A stretch of 64,000 nucleotides of DNA from Geopsychrobacteraceae bacterium (lineage in GTDB: Bacteria; Desulfobacterota; Desulfuromonadia; Desulfuromonadales; Geopsychrobacteraceae), in contig CAXXTB010000001.1 of assembly GCA_963676795.2 (NCBI GenBank), forward strand, positions 384,001 to 448,000, given 5' to 3'. Shown piece by piece: positions 40,011-50,473 of this stretch (its first letter is position 1; each line of letters starts with the position of its first letter). The notes beneath the pieces were generated by a model, which worked only from the letters and a program-made list of their open reading frames with translations, made no database searches and was not told where the DNA came from. Position numbers and translations under genes: made by a program.

Positions 40011-40076
40011 TTGATTTTTACCGGTCAGCTCTCATAGTATGCGGAGTTGCTTTGAAATGTTATAGTATTTCGAAAC
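40011..40076 (+). promoter_or_regulatory. zur promoter and Zur box
   Basis: TTGATT-18-TAGTAT (40011-40040); GAAATGTTATAGTAT from 40054 matches the left part of the GAAATGTTATA-N-TATAACATTTC Zur consensus. Confidence 0.65.
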
Positions 40077-40098
40077 ATGGTGTCGATAGAGGCTGGGT

Positions 40099-40593
40099 AT
40101 GAAAAAAGGCAAGCTCGAATTTATCTCCTCTGAGCACGATCATCAGCGCTGCATTGCTGAAGCACTGGCAAGAGCAGAAGAGATCTGTGCCAACCGGGGG
40201 CAACGTTTTACCGCGATCAGGCGCAAGGTCCTGGAACTGATCTGGCAGCAGCATAAACCGATTGGTGCCTATGAAGTGCTGGAACAGCTGCAGCGCCAGG
40301 GGCGGGCTGCGCCGCCGACCGTTTACCGGGCGCTTGATTTCCTTCAGGATCTTGGCCTGGTTCACCGCATTGAATCGCTCAACGCCTTTGTCGGCTGCAA
40401 CCAGCCGCACCTGCCCCATGAGGGGCAGTTTCTGATCTGTGAATCCTGTCGGATCTGCGCCGAGCTCTATTCGGATGAAATTCACAGTGTTATTGAAAAA
40501 AAGGCATTTGCTGCAGGTTTCAAAGTCAGACAGCAGAGGGTAGAAATTATGGGGTTGTGTCGTAAATGTCTTAAGGAACGTTCAAAAAAATGA
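40099..40593 (+). CDS. zur: Zinc uptake regulator Zur (Fur family)
   Basis: [37 protein letters not shown]-terminal CRKC; upstream of znuCB. Confidence 0.92.
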   Translation: MKKGKLEFISSEHDHQRCIAEALARAEEICANRGQRFTAIRRKVLELIWQQHKPIGAYEVLEQLQRQGRAAPPTVYRALDFLQDLGLVHRIESLNAFVGCNQPHLPHEGQFLICESCRICAELYSDEIHSVIEKKAFAAGFKVRQQRVEIMGLCRKCLKERSKK

Positions 40594-41342
40594 CTGATTC
40601 AGAGATTTTGAGGCTTGAGAAGGTCAATCTGGTGCTGGCGAAGCGGCAACTGTTGGAGAACATCGACCTGGATGTTCATCAGGGAGAATTCATCACCCTG
40701 ATTGGCCCCAATGGCGCCGGTAAGACGACCCTGCTGCGGGTCGCTCTTGGGCTGCAGAAGCCGACCGGGGGCAAGGTTCAGCTGAAGCCGGGTCTGAAGA
40801 TCGGTTACATGCCACAGAGGCTCCATATCGATCCGACCTTTCCTTTATCAGTGAAGCGCTTTTTGAGCCTGGCTTGTTCCGGCGATGATTGCAAGGTTCA
40901 CGCGCTGCTCCAGGAGGTTGGGGCCAGTCAGGTTTTTGAATCCTCGATGCACACTCTTTCCGGTGGAGAACTGCAGCGTGTGCTGCTGGCCAGGGCTCTG
41001 GTTCGTGAACCAAACCTGCTGGTGCTCGATGAACCGGTTCAGGGCGTGGATGTCCATGGGCAGTCGGAGCTGTACAGGTTGATCTCGCGCATCCGAACCG
41101 AGCGTGGCTGTTCCGTATTGATGGTTTCTCACGATCTGCACCTGGTCATGGCCTCGACCGACCGCGTCCTCTGCATCAATCGTCATATCTGTTGTAGCGG
41201 AACCCCCGAGGCCGTGACCCGGCATCCGGCCTATGCAGAGCTGTTTGGCGATCACGCTGTGGAACAGTTGGCGATCTATGTCCACGATCAGAGCCATCAG
41301 CACGATGAGTGTGCTCACTGTCAGAAGAAGGCCCTGAAATGA
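40590..41342 (+). CDS. znuC: Zinc ABC transporter ATP-binding protein ZnuC
   Basis: [45 protein letters not shown]; His-rich tail. Confidence 0.94.
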   Translation: MTDSEILRLEKVNLVLAKRQLLENIDLDVHQGEFITLIGPNGAGKTTLLRVALGLQKPTGGKVQLKPGLKIGYMPQRLHIDPTFPLSVKRFLSLACSGDDCKVHALLQEVGASQVFESSMHTLSGGELQRVLLARALVREPNLLVLDEPVQGVDVHGQSELYRLISRIRTERGCSVLMVSHDLHLVMASTDRVLCINRHICCSGTPEAVTRHPAYAELFGDHAVEQLAIYVHDQSHQHDECAHCQKKALK

Positions 41343-42124
41343 TGGATGATTTTATTTTACGAGCGGTCGTTGGTGGTCTCGGCGTGGCCTTGGTCGCCGG
41401 GCCCTTCGGTTCATTTGTGGTCTGGCGCCGACTGGCCTATTTCGGAGATACCCTGGCTCACTCGGCTTTGCTCGGGGTGGCGCTGGGGTTTCTTCTGAAC
41501 GTCAACCTGACCCTGGGGATTATCGTCATCTGCCAGTTGCTGGCGATCATGCTCTTTTTCGGCCTGCAGCAGAGGCACCTGGCCAGCGATACCCTGCTCG
41601 GGATCCTTGCCCACGGAGCGCTGTCTCTGGGACTTGTCGCCCTGGCCTTTATGGAGTCGGTGCGGGTTGACCTGATGTCTTACCTGTTCGGTGATATCCT
41701 GGCGATAGGGGTAACTGATCTGTGCTGGATATTTATCGGTGGCGGGGTGGCTTTGGTTGTTCTGATCCGGATCTGGAAACCGCTGCTGATGATCACCATT
41801 CATGAAGATCTGGCCCGGGTCGAGGGGATATCGGTTGACCGGATCAACTGGCTGTTTCTCGCTCTCATCGCCCTGATTGTCGCGATCATGATGAAGGTGG
41901 TCGGACTGCTCTTGGTGACCGCATTGCTGATCATTCCGGCTGCCACCGCCCGCCGCTTTGCAACCGGGCCGGAGAAAATGGCGATCCTCGCTGCCGTGGT
42001 CGGCTGCCTCGCTGTTTTTGGTGGGCTGTACGGTTCGTTCCAGTGGGATACACCGTCCGGACCGAGTATCGTCGTTGCCGCCTGTGTGCTGTTTATGCTC
42101 AGTATGCTGGTGCCGAGGCGCTAA
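41339..42124 (+). CDS. znuB: Zinc ABC transporter permease ZnuB
   Basis: [47 protein letters not shown]. Confidence 0.94.
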   Translation: MMDDFILRAVVGGLGVALVAGPFGSFVVWRRLAYFGDTLAHSALLGVALGFLLNVNLTLGIIVICQLLAIMLFFGLQQRHLASDTLLGILAHGALSLGLVALAFMESVRVDLMSYLFGDILAIGVTDLCWIFIGGGVALVVLIRIWKPLLMITIHEDLARVEGISVDRINWLFLALIALIVAIMMKVVGLLLVTALLIIPAATARRFATGPEKMAILAAVVGCLAVFGGLYGSFQWDTPSGPSIVVAACVLFMLSMLVPRR

Positions 42125-42132
42125 GAAACAGG

Positions 42133-42242
42133 ACCACGGGGGCACGGATAAAAGCCCCCCCCTCAATCCCCCCGTATTTCATAGGGGAGAAGCGAGTCCA
42201 GCGAGCAGGGAGGTATTTCCTCTTTTTCCGTGTCTCCGTGGT
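42133..42242. repeat. 16-bp inverted repeat enclosing a reverse family B unit (42155-42210)
   Basis: ACCACGGGGGCACGGA (42133-42148) and TCCGTGTCTCCGTGGT (42227-42242) pair with two G-T wobbles; between convergent genes. Confidence 0.75.
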
Positions 42243-42248
42243 TCAGTT

Positions 42249-43169
42249 TTATGCTTTTGCTTTCTCCCCCAGATCAAGCAGGCTCTGGAGCATCGCAATC
42301 CGCGGCATCGCAATGCCCTTGGCTGCGGCCTGCCGGATCGGTTCCCCGTAGATGGCGTCGAGTTCCAGCGGACGGCCCAGCTCACGATCGATCTGCATGC
42401 TCGGTTTGTAGTTGTTGAGGTTGTCGCTAAAGGCGATCACCTGATCGCAGTACGTCTCCGCGTCGATCTTTTTCTGGATGGGCTGAGCGTTGGCCCCGGC
42501 AATCACCTCTCGCATCAGATCCCGGATCAGTTGGCGGCTCGGCTGGTGGGCCAGAACCTCGCTGACATTCTTCTGCATCAGGGCGCAGACGCCGTTGAAG
42601 GGGATGTTCCAGACCAATTTTTCCCAGCGGATCCTGCGCAGGTCGTCGACCGCACGGCAGGGGACACCCGCCTGGTTGAACAGCTCGGCAAAACCGTGGC
42701 AGCGTTCACTGGCTTTCCCGGCGAATTCCCCGAGGGCGATGCGTCCTTCACCGAGATGGTGGACAATCCCCGGCTTGCCCCGGTTGCTGCACAGGTAGGC
42801 GACGCCCCCCAGGGTTTTCTCAGGTCCGAAATGGTCAGCCAGCAGCTCTTCGTTGCCAAGGCCGTTTTGCAGGGTCAGCAGGGCGGTATCGGGTCCGACC
42901 AGCGGGGCGACCATCTCTGGCAGGTGATCATTGGCAAAGGTCTTGAGGCCGATAATGACCAGATCTGCGCTGCCGATTTCTTCCGTGTGTCTGTAACACT
43001 TGACCTGATCGAGGTGAAAGTCACCATTGACCGAGTTGATCTGAAGGCCGTTGGCCTTGACCGCGTCATATTCTCGACGCATCAGGAAATGGACATCGGC
43101 ACCGTTGCGCTGCAGCATGGCACCGTAATAAAGCCCCAGAGCACCGGAGCCAACTATCGCAATTTTCAT
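42249..43169 (-). CDS. panE: 2-dehydropantoate 2-reductase (ApbA/PanE family)
   Basis: GSGALG; LQNGLGNE; WEKLVWNIPFN; KPSMQID...RPLELDAI. Confidence 0.88.
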   Translation of the reverse strand: MKIAIVGSGALGLYYGAMLQRNGADVHFLMRREYDAVKANGLQINSVNGDFHLDQVKCYRHTEEIGSADLVIIGLKTFANDHLPEMVAPLVGPDTALLTLQNGLGNEELLADHFGPEKTLGGVAYLCSNRGKPGIVHHLGEGRIALGEFAGKASERCHGFAELFNQAGVPCRAVDDLRRIRWEKLVWNIPFNGVCALMQKNVSEVLAHQPSRQLIRDLMREVIAGANAQPIQKKIDAETYCDQVIAFSDNLNNYKPSMQIDRELGRPLELDAIYGEPIRQAAAKGIAMPRIAMLQSLLDLGEKAKA

Positions 43170-43286
43170 CTGTTTCTCCCGCACAGTAGTAAACGGCTGA
43201 ATTCATAGCATAACCCGGCAGAGGATTCCACAGAAAGAGCATCTGTCATTTTCTGTTATGAATCAGGACTTTACATTAATGAAGAT

Positions 43287-43315
43287 TTGACCGGAAGGTT
43301 GCCCTGTGATAGTAT
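43287..43315 (+). promoter_or_regulatory. Sigma70-type promoter for carD
   Basis: TTGACC-17-TAGTAT with extended -10 TG. Confidence 0.55.
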
Positions 43316-43343
43316 CGACAGATCTGGGAAAAGGAGTAGTGCT

Positions 43344-43823
43344 TTGTTTGAGATAGGTGATATGGCAGTTTACCCGACTCAAGGGGTCGGGGTTATTGAA
43401 GACATCGAGGTTCGCGAGTATTCCGGGCTAACACAAAAATTCTACATTCTGAGAATCGTCGACAGCGACATGAAGATCATGGTTCCGGTCGGTAATGCAG
43501 GAAACGTCGGTCTGCGCCATCTGATCGATCAGCAGCGCATCACCGGCATCTTTGATGCTCTGGCCGAGCCTCAGGACAACGGCAAGATTGCTTCCTGGAG
43601 CCGTCGCCAGCGTGAGTACAACGATAAGCTGAAAACCGGCGATCTTTTTGATGTCGCGGATGTCCTTCGTGAACTTTATCAGATCAGTTCCGAAAAGGAA
43701 CTCTCCTACGGCGAGAAGAAAGTCCTCGAGCAGGCCCGCAAACTGCTGGTGACCGAAGTCGCCCTGGCCGAAGGCGCCAAGGAAGATCAGGTTGTCACTC
43801 GCCTGGAAAATATTTTTCACTGA
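43344..43823 (+). CDS. carD: CarD/CdnL family RNA polymerase-binding protein
   Basis: FEIGD.AVYP.QGVG.I; IMVPV...VGLR; WSRR.REY..KLKTG; LSYGEKK; AAGGAG before TTG. Confidence 0.92.
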   Translation: MFEIGDMAVYPTQGVGVIEDIEVREYSGLTQKFYILRIVDSDMKIMVPVGNAGNVGLRHLIDQQRITGIFDALAEPQDNGKIASWSRRQREYNDKLKTGDLFDVADVLRELYQISSEKELSYGEKKVLEQARKLLVTEVALAEGAKEDQVVTRLENIFH

Positions 43824-43850
43824 TCGTTCAGTCGAATAACATGCGTTTTC

Positions 43851-43900
43851 GAAAAGACCGGGTACTAGGCTTCTAGTGTCTGGTCTTTTCATTTCTTTCT
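43851..43900 (+). terminator. Hairpin terminator between carD and ispD
   Basis: GAAAAGACCGGGTACTAG-GCTT-CTAGTGTCTGGTCTTTTC followed by T-rich tract. Confidence 0.6.
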
Positions 43901-43925
43901 CTCCACCCTGCTATAACGGTTTGAT

Positions 43926-44639
43926 ATGAAAGCAATCGTTCTGATACCCGCAGCAGGAACCGGCAGCCGCATGGGAGCCTCGGTCAGCAAGCAATATCTG
44001 GAGCTGGCTGGAAAGCCGATTCTGGCCCATACCCTCGAACTGTTTGAACATCACCCGCAGGTTGAAGCCGTCTATCCGATCGTGCCGTCAGCTGATATAG
44101 ATTTCTGCCAGTACAGCATCATCGATCGCTATGGCTTCGACAAGGTTCCTCGGTTGATCGGTGGCGGAGCTCAACGTCAGGATTCGGTCGCCAACGGCCT
44201 CAAGGCGCTGGCCGAGGACGGCTTTGGTCAGCCGGACCGACCGGTTCTGGTTCATGACGGAGCCCGACCGCTGTTCGATACCTCGCTGCTGGACAGCTTT
44301 CTGGCGACGGTCAAACAGCAAGGTGCGGCTATCGTTGCGGTTCCGGCCAAGGATACGATCAAGGTTGTCAACGACGGAATCATCACCAGGACCCTTGATC
44401 GTTCTCTGCTCTGGCAGGCTCAGACCCCGCAGGGGGGGCGCTTTGAGCTATTACGACGGGCTTTTGATGAGGCAGAAAATGCGGGGTTTTACGGCACCGA
44501 CGAAGCTTCACTTCTGGAACGTGGCGGCTTAAACGTGGCCGTTGTCACCGGAGATTATTCTAATATCAAGGTCACAACCCCGGAAGATCTGCTGATCGCC
44601 GCGGCTTTGCTTGACAGTTTCAGGGAGAAATCGGCATGA
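43926..44639 (+). CDS. ispD: 2-C-methyl-D-erythritol 4-phosphate cytidylyltransferase
   Basis: [46 protein letters not shown]. Confidence 0.96.
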   Translation: MKAIVLIPAAGTGSRMGASVSKQYLELAGKPILAHTLELFEHHPQVEAVYPIVPSADIDFCQYSIIDRYGFDKVPRLIGGGAQRQDSVANGLKALAEDGFGQPDRPVLVHDGARPLFDTSLLDSFLATVKQQGAAIVAVPAKDTIKVVNDGIITRTLDRSLLWQAQTPQGGRFELLRRAFDEAENAGFYGTDEASLLERGGLNVAVVTGDYSNIKVTTPEDLLIAAALLDSFREKSA

Positions 44640-45151
44640 TGCGCATCGGTCACGGCTATGACGTTCACAGATTGGTTGCTGACAGACCGCTCATCCTCGG
44701 CGGTGTCTGTATCGAATATGAAAAGGGGCTGCTCGGTCATTCCGATGCCGATGTCCTGATGCACGCGGTCTGCGATGCTATCCTCGGGGCTTTGGGACTT
44801 GGCGATATCGGTAAGCATTTTCCGGACAGCAGCGCCGAGTTTGCCGGGATCGACAGTCGTATTCTGCTGCGTAGGGTGATTGAACAGATGGCACAGAATG
44901 GTTATGTCATCGGCAATCTTGACACGACGATCATCTGCCAAAAACCGAAACTGGCCGGACATATTGCAGGGATGATCAGCAATATCGCCGCCGATTGTCG
45001 CTGCGACTCTGCTAGAATCAATGTCAAGGCAACGACGACCGAGACGCTCGGTTTCTGCGGTCGTGGAGAGGGGATCGCCGCTGAAGCGGTGGTTCTGTTG
45101 AACAGGGATCAAAAACGTCAGGCGGCACGCCTGGCGACAATTACAGGATAA
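44636..45151 (+). CDS. ispF: 2-C-methyl-D-erythritol 2,4-cyclodiphosphate synthase
   Basis: [44 protein letters not shown]. Confidence 0.96.
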   Translation: MMRIGHGYDVHRLVADRPLILGGVCIEYEKGLLGHSDADVLMHAVCDAILGALGLGDIGKHFPDSSAEFAGIDSRILLRRVIEQMAQNGYVIGNLDTTIICQKPKLAGHIAGMISNIAADCRCDSARINVKATTTETLGFCGRGEGIAAEAVVLLNRDQKRQAARLATITG

Positions 45152-45168
45152 AGCGGGAGTTACCGAAG

Positions 45169-46830
45169 ATGAGCGCAACTGAAACACCTGTCAGCTCGAA
45201 TTTTATTCGCACCATCGTCAATGAAGATCTGGCCAGCGGAAAACGTGATAAGGTCATCACCCGCTTCCCGCCGGAGCCGAACGGCTATCTGCATATTGGT
45301 CATGCCAAGAGCATCTGTCTGAACTTCGGTCTGGCCCAGGAATACAATGGCCGCTGTCACTTGCGTTTCGACGATACCAATCCGAGCAAGGAAGAGGACG
45401 AGTTTGTCGAGGCGATCAAAGAGGATGTCAGCTGGCTCGGTTTCGACTGGGGCGAACATCTCTACTTTGCCTCCGATTATTTCGATCAGCTCCACGCCTG
45501 GGCGGTGCAGCTGATCGAGGCCGGCAAGGCCTATGTCGACAGCCAGAGCGCTGAAGAGATGCGTATCAATCGCGGTACCCTGACGCAGCCCGGTACCGAC
45601 AGCCCCTATCGTGAGCGCAGTGTTGAAGAGAACCTCGAGCTGTTCGAAAAGATGAAGAATGGAGACTTTCCCGACGGAAGTCACATTCTCAGGGCGAAAA
45701 TCGACATGGCTTCGCCGAACATGAACCTGCGTGATCCGGCCATGTACCGCATCATGCACGCTCATCATCACCGCACCGGCGATAAGTGGTGCATCTACCC
45801 GATGTACGATTTCGCCCACGGCCAGGAAGATTCCATCGAAGGAGTAACCCATTCGATCTGTACCCTTGAATTCGAAGATCACCGCCCGCTCTACGAGTGG
45901 TTCATCAAGGAACTGAGCATCTTTGCCCCGCAGCAGATCGAGTTCGCCCGCCTCAACCTGAGCTACACGGTGATGAGCAAGCGCAAGCTTCTGCAGCTGG
46001 TCAACGACGGTCATGTTGCCGGCTGGGATGATCCGCGCATGCCGACCGTCTCAGGCCTGCGGCGCCGTGGCTATCCGGCGGCAGCGATCCGCACCTTCTG
46101 TGAACGGATTGGTGTCGGCCGCAGCTCCAACTGGATCGATCTGTCGGTGCTGGAGGAATGTGTTCGTGAAGAACTCAATGAAACCGCGTTCCGGCGCATG
46201 GCGGTCCTCGATCCGCTCAAGGTGACGATCACCAACTACGACCAGGTCGAGATGCTCGATGCGCCGAACCACCCGCAGAAGCCGGAGCTCGGTAGCCGCA
46301 CTCTGCCGATGAGCAAGGAGCTGTGGATCGACCGTGAGGACTTCATGGAAGATCCGCCGTCACCGAAGAAATACTTTCGCCTGGGGCCTGATCGTGAAGT
46401 GCGCCTGCGCAATTCCTACATCATCAAGTGCAACGAGTTCGTCAAGGACGAGAATGGTGAAATCGTTGAACTGAAATGTACCGCTGATCTCGACACCCTG
46501 GGCAAGAACCCGGAAGGACGCAAGGTCAAGGGGATCATCCACTGGGTTTCTGCCGAGCATGCAGTCGAGGTTCCGGTCCGTCTCTATGACCGGCTGTTCA
46601 GCCAGGAAAATCCGGACAAGGCCGAGAACTACCTGGCGGCACTGAATCCTGAATCCTTGACGGCAATGACGATTCAGGCCGAGCCGAGCCTGCTTGAGGC
46701 CAAAGCCGAAGAGACCTTTCAGTTTGAACGGGTCGGCTATTTCACCGCCGATCGCAAGGATTCAAAAGAAGGCGCGCCGGTCTTTAACCGGACGGTTGGC
46801 CTTAAGGACACCTGGGCCAAGGAAAAGTGA
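45169..46830 (+). CDS. glnS: Glutamine--tRNA ligase
   Basis: [56 protein letters not shown]. Confidence 0.97.
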   Translation: MSATETPVSSNFIRTIVNEDLASGKRDKVITRFPPEPNGYLHIGHAKSICLNFGLAQEYNGRCHLRFDDTNPSKEEDEFVEAIKEDVSWLGFDWGEHLYFASDYFDQLHAWAVQLIEAGKAYVDSQSAEEMRINRGTLTQPGTDSPYRERSVEENLELFEKMKNGDFPDGSHILRAKIDMASPNMNLRDPAMYRIMHAHHHRTGDKWCIYPMYDFAHGQEDSIEGVTHSICTLEFEDHRPLYEWFIKELSIFAPQQIEFARLNLSYTVMSKRKLLQLVNDGHVAGWDDPRMPTVSGLRRRGYPAAAIRTFCERIGVGRSSNWIDLSVLEECVREELNETAFRRMAVLDPLKVTITNYDQVEMLDAPNHPQKPELGSRTLPMSKELWIDREDFMEDPPSPKKYFRLGPDREVRLRNSYIIKCNEFVKDENGEIVELKCTADLDTLGKNPEGRKVKGIIHWVSAEHAVEVPVRLYDRLFSQENPDKAENYLAALNPESLTAMTIQAEPSLLEAKAEETFQFERVGYFTADRKDSKEGAPVFNRTVGLKDTWAKEK

Positions 46831-46948
46831 AACGACCCTTTTCCGCAATCTCGTTGTCAGTCAGCGGTTTTGCTTGTGCGACGTAGCTAGCGCTACGCCT
46901 CCGCGCGAAACCTCGACTTCCTAGATATTGCGAAAAATTGCTCGTTTC
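46829..46948. repeat. Family C palindromic repeat (120 bp)
   Basis: Imperfect terminal IR GAAACGACCCTTTTCCGCAAT...ATTGCGAAAAATTGCTCGTTTC; central CGTAGC-TAGC-GCTACG hairpin; ends shared with 35831-35976. Confidence 0.8.
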
Positions 46949-46982
46949 AGATACTTCGATCAATTAATAGGGAGAACCACCC

Positions 46983-48431
46983 ATGAGTTTGCGTGTTTAC
47001 AACACATTGAGCGGTAAGAAAGAAGAGTTCCAGCCTTTGACTCCCGGCAAGGTCGGCATGTATGTTTGCGGGGTTACCGTCTACGACTTCTGTCATATCG
47101 GCCACGCCCGGGCCAACATCGTTTTTGATGTAATTTACCGCTATCTCAAGTTCAGTGGTTTTGAGACCACCTATGTGCGCAACTTCACTGACGTCGATGA
47201 CAAGATCATCAATCGCGCCAACGAGCGGGGGATCTCCAGCAAGGAACTGTCGGAACAGTTTATCGACGAGTTCTATACCGACATGGACGCCCTCGGCATC
47301 GAACGTCCGTCCCATGAGCCGAAGGCGACCGAGTACATCGCTGAGATCATCGCCCTCTGCCAGACCCTGATCGGCAAGGGGATGGCCTACGAGTCCGGCG
47401 GGGATGTCTATTACAGCGTTGAGAAGTTTGATAACTACCTCAAGCTTTCCAAGCGTAATCTCGAAGAGATGCAGGCCGGTGCCCGTATCGCGCCGGGTGA
47501 GCAGAAGCGCAACCCGATGGACTTTGCCCTGTGGAAAGCGGCCAAGCCGGGTGAGCCGAGCTGGGAATCGCCCTGGGGGGCTGGTCGTCCGGGTTGGCAT
47601 ATCGAGTGTTCGGCGATGAGTTCGTCGCTGCTCGGTGACAGCTTCGATATCCATGGCGGCGGCCGCGATCTGATCTTCCCACATCACGAAAACGAGATCG
47701 CCCAGAGCGAAGGAGCGAGCGGTAAGCCGTTCGCAAAGTACTGGCTGCACAACGGCTTCGTCAACGTCAATCAGGAGAAGATGAGCAAGTCGCTGGGTAA
47801 CTTCTTCACCATCCGCGATATCCTCAAAAGCTACGATGCCGAGGTTGTGCGTTTCTTCATTCTGACCGCTCAGTACCGTTCACCAATCGATTTTTCCGAT
47901 CAGAACCTGATGGAGGCGCAGAGCGGTCTGAGCCGTTTCTACGAAGCGCTTGAAGCGGCTCACAAAGCAGTCGCGGGAATCGCCGAGTCGCAGGCAGAGA
48001 GCAGCGAAGGGGCCGAGCTGGAAGCGAAGTTCCGTGAAGCGATGGATGACGACTTCAACACTGCCCAGGCGATCGCTCATCTGTTTGAAGGGGTGCGAAC
48101 TCTCAACCGCCTGATCACAACCAAGAAGTTTGCCAAGCAGGCCGATCTGGTCGCCCAGGTGCGTGATCTGCATGCGACTATCCTGCGTCTTGGACAAGAG
48201 GTTCTCGGCCTGTTTGAATCGGAGCCTGCTGTCTGGCTCGAAAAGGTCAAAATGGCGGGGCTGGCCCAACTGAATATCACTGCTGAAGAGATTGAAGCGC
48301 AGATTCAGGCCCGTTTGCAGGCACGTCAGGAGAAGGATTTTGCCAAGTCGGATGAAATCCGTGACGCTCTGGCGGCAAGCGGTATCGAACTGCTTGACAG
48401 CCGTGAAGGGACAACCTGGAAACTCAAGTAA
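46983..48431 (+). CDS. cysS: Cysteine--tRNA ligase
   Basis: [50 protein letters not shown]. Confidence 0.97.
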   Translation: MSLRVYNTLSGKKEEFQPLTPGKVGMYVCGVTVYDFCHIGHARANIVFDVIYRYLKFSGFETTYVRNFTDVDDKIINRANERGISSKELSEQFIDEFYTDMDALGIERPSHEPKATEYIAEIIALCQTLIGKGMAYESGGDVYYSVEKFDNYLKLSKRNLEEMQAGARIAPGEQKRNPMDFALWKAAKPGEPSWESPWGAGRPGWHIECSAMSSSLLGDSFDIHGGGRDLIFPHHENEIAQSEGASGKPFAKYWLHNGFVNVNQEKMSKSLGNFFTIRDILKSYDAEVVRFFILTAQYRSPIDFSDQNLMEAQSGLSRFYEALEAAHKAVAGIAESQAESSEGAELEAKFREAMDDDFNTAQAIAHLFEGVRTLNRLITTKKFAKQADLVAQVRDLHATILRLGQEVLGLFESEPAVWLEKVKMAGLAQLNITAEEIEAQIQARLQARQEKDFAKSDEIRDALAASGIELLDSREGTTWKLK

Positions 48432-48458
48432 GCTTGTATCATAGCCTTTAAAAAAATT

Positions 48459-48830
48459 CGGTTCTGCCCGTTGATGAGCTCGCTCATCTCCGGGCGTTTT
48501 CCGTTTGGCTGGCGTGAGCCGTTGCGGGGTGATGCGAACGGCTTACGCTAGTATTTAAACAGTTTTTTTGCCTACTTTTTCAACGCTGGGAAAAGTAGGT
48601 CGTCTGGCGGGACGAGACCCGCCGGTCTTGTTTTTTCAAGGTAAGTACAGAACAAAGGCAGAACCGCGGGGACGCGCCCCCGCACGGCGCCTTACTTTTG
48701 CCCGGAGCGGCAAAAGTAAGCAAAAACGCTCTTTTTATATGTCGCTGTTCTGCCTGCGTTGCTGAGTAGCTAAGCACCAGCGAGACGCCTCGCGCCCCAA
48801 GATGAGCGAGCTCATCAACGGGCAGAACCG
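48459..48830. mobile_element. 372-bp non-coding MITE/REPIN-like composite with 31-bp perfect terminal inverted repeats
   Basis: CGGTTCTGCCCGTTGATGAGCTCGCTCATCT (48459-48489) is the reverse complement of 48800-48830; two divergent family-A-type modules inside; no transposase; mobility is inferred. Confidence 0.6.
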
Positions 48831-48902
48831 GAAAAACTCCGCTGTGCGGAGTTTTGATTATTAGACACTATCAATTTCGTTTTATTGGAGCCATCAGTGT
48901 CG

Positions 48903-49811
48903 ATGGAAAATAAGACCTTACAAGCTGATCTTTTATTGCTGCTGACGGCGGCTATCTGGGGCTTTGCCTTTGTTGCCCAGCGTGTTGGCATGGACTATGT
49001 CGGTCCCTTCACCTATAACGCCGTGCGCTTTGCTCTTGGCAGCCTGTCGTTGTTGCCGCTGATCTGGTTCTTCGGTCGCCAGCGGCGCAGGGAACAGCCT
49101 GCACTGCCTAAGGCCGATGGTCGCACCCTGTTGGTTGGCGGCTGTCTGGCCGGTCTCCTGCTGTTTGCCGGATCCTCACTGCAGCAGGTCGGTCTGGTCT
49201 ATACCACGGCCGGAAATGCCGGATTCATCACCGGGCTTTATGTGGTTATGGTTCCGCTGTTCGGTCTGTTGTTCAGGCAGCGTCCGGCAGTCGGCACCTG
49301 GATCGGTGCGATTCTGGCCGTTATCGGCCTCTATTTCCTCAGTGTGACAGAAAGTTTGACAATTTCAAAAGGCGATTTTCTGGTTCTGCTCAGCGCTTTT
49401 TTCTGGGCGGCTCATGTCCTGCTGATCGGCTGGTTGTCGCCCAGGGTCAATTCCCTCAAGCTGGCTTCCGCCCAGTTTGCTATCTGTGCAGTCCTCAGTT
49501 TTCTCGTTGCGCTGAATCTTGAGGTTATCTCTCTCGCCGGAATCTGGCAGGGGTTGATTCCGATTCTCTATGGCGGTCTCTTTTCCGTCGGGGTTGCCTA
49601 CACCCTGCAGGTTGTCGCTCAGCGCCATGCCCATCCCGCTCACTCGGCGATTATTCTGAGTCTCGAAGGTGTTTTTGCCGCAATCGGCGGCTGGTTGATC
49701 CTTGGAGAAATTCTCGGTGGACGCGGGTTGCTCGGTTGTGCGCTGATGCTGGGGGGAATGATTCTTTCAGAATTATCCAGCTATCTGTTCAGGCCAAAGC
49801 TAAGAGCATAG
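48903..49811 (+). CDS. EamA/DMT family transporter
   Basis: AIWGFAFVAQR; TTAGNAGFITGLYVV.VP; AYTLQVVAQ...AIILSLEGVFA. Confidence 0.92.
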   Translation: MENKTLQADLLLLLTAAIWGFAFVAQRVGMDYVGPFTYNAVRFALGSLSLLPLIWFFGRQRRREQPALPKADGRTLLVGGCLAGLLLFAGSSLQQVGLVYTTAGNAGFITGLYVVMVPLFGLLFRQRPAVGTWIGAILAVIGLYFLSVTESLTISKGDFLVLLSAFFWAAHVLLIGWLSPRVNSLKLASAQFAICAVLSFLVALNLEVISLAGIWQGLIPILYGGLFSVGVAYTLQVVAQRHAHPAHSAIILSLEGVFAAIGGWLILGEILGGRGLLGCALMLGGMILSELSSYLFRPKLRA

Positions 49812-49875
49812 TTGTGACAGAAAGCCGCGAGGACCCAGTTTATGTTCTCGCGGCGACAGATATAGCCACGTTGTT

Positions 49876-50196
49876 TCAACGTCCTGGAGGAACCCAGTCC
49901 ACGGTTTTCTGCACGGCAGCATCGATCTCTGCGGGGCTGAGCAGAACCGTGGTGGTGACTCTGACCACGCCACTGGCATTGGCAATCATCAGGCCGGCTA
50001 CAGCAGAGGCGTGATCCGGTATGTCGACGACGATGTAGAAATCGTTGCAACCAAACGCAAAATGGTAGGACTCCATTGTGCCACCCAGGGATTTGATCGC
50101 CCGTTTGGTCACTTCGACCCTCTTTGATCCTCCTTCTTTCATCAGCCCTTGCAGGCCTTTGTCGGTATAGGTTCCATGATACAGATATTTAGCCAT
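49876..50196 (-). CDS. GYD-domain protein
   Basis: Y...YT..GLQGL.KEGGS.R; LGG.MES..FAFG..D; TTVLLSP.EID.A; GGAGG RBS. Confidence 0.8.
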   Translation of the reverse strand: MAKYLYHGTYTDKGLQGLMKEGGSKRVEVTKRAIKSLGGTMESYHFAFGCNDFYIVVDIPDHASAVAGLMIANASGVVRVTTTVLLSPAEIDAAVQKTVDWVPPGR

Positions 50197-50473
50197 GACC
50201 TGCCTCCATCGGCAAAGAGTTGAATGACTGTGGCACAGGTAAAGCCACCGCAAGGCGGCGGAGTATCAGGATGAAGTATGTTTTCTAGTTATTCTCTGAA
50301 AGTCTAGCCTAGTTTTCGATGAACACAAATTTTGTGCTACCTGTTGCAAAAGGGCCAGTTCTATGGTCCTGACTGCTGCCGGGCCCTTGAAATTGAACGA
50401 TTCTCTGTAATGCTTTAAGAACAAGCATCTGTTCCAGGTGGTTTCTTCAAACTTCAAGAGATGCGGAGGTCCC

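Noticed and set aside
46829..46982. T-box or other synthetase leader before cysS
   Set aside because: No T-box consensus; the sequence is explained by repeat family C
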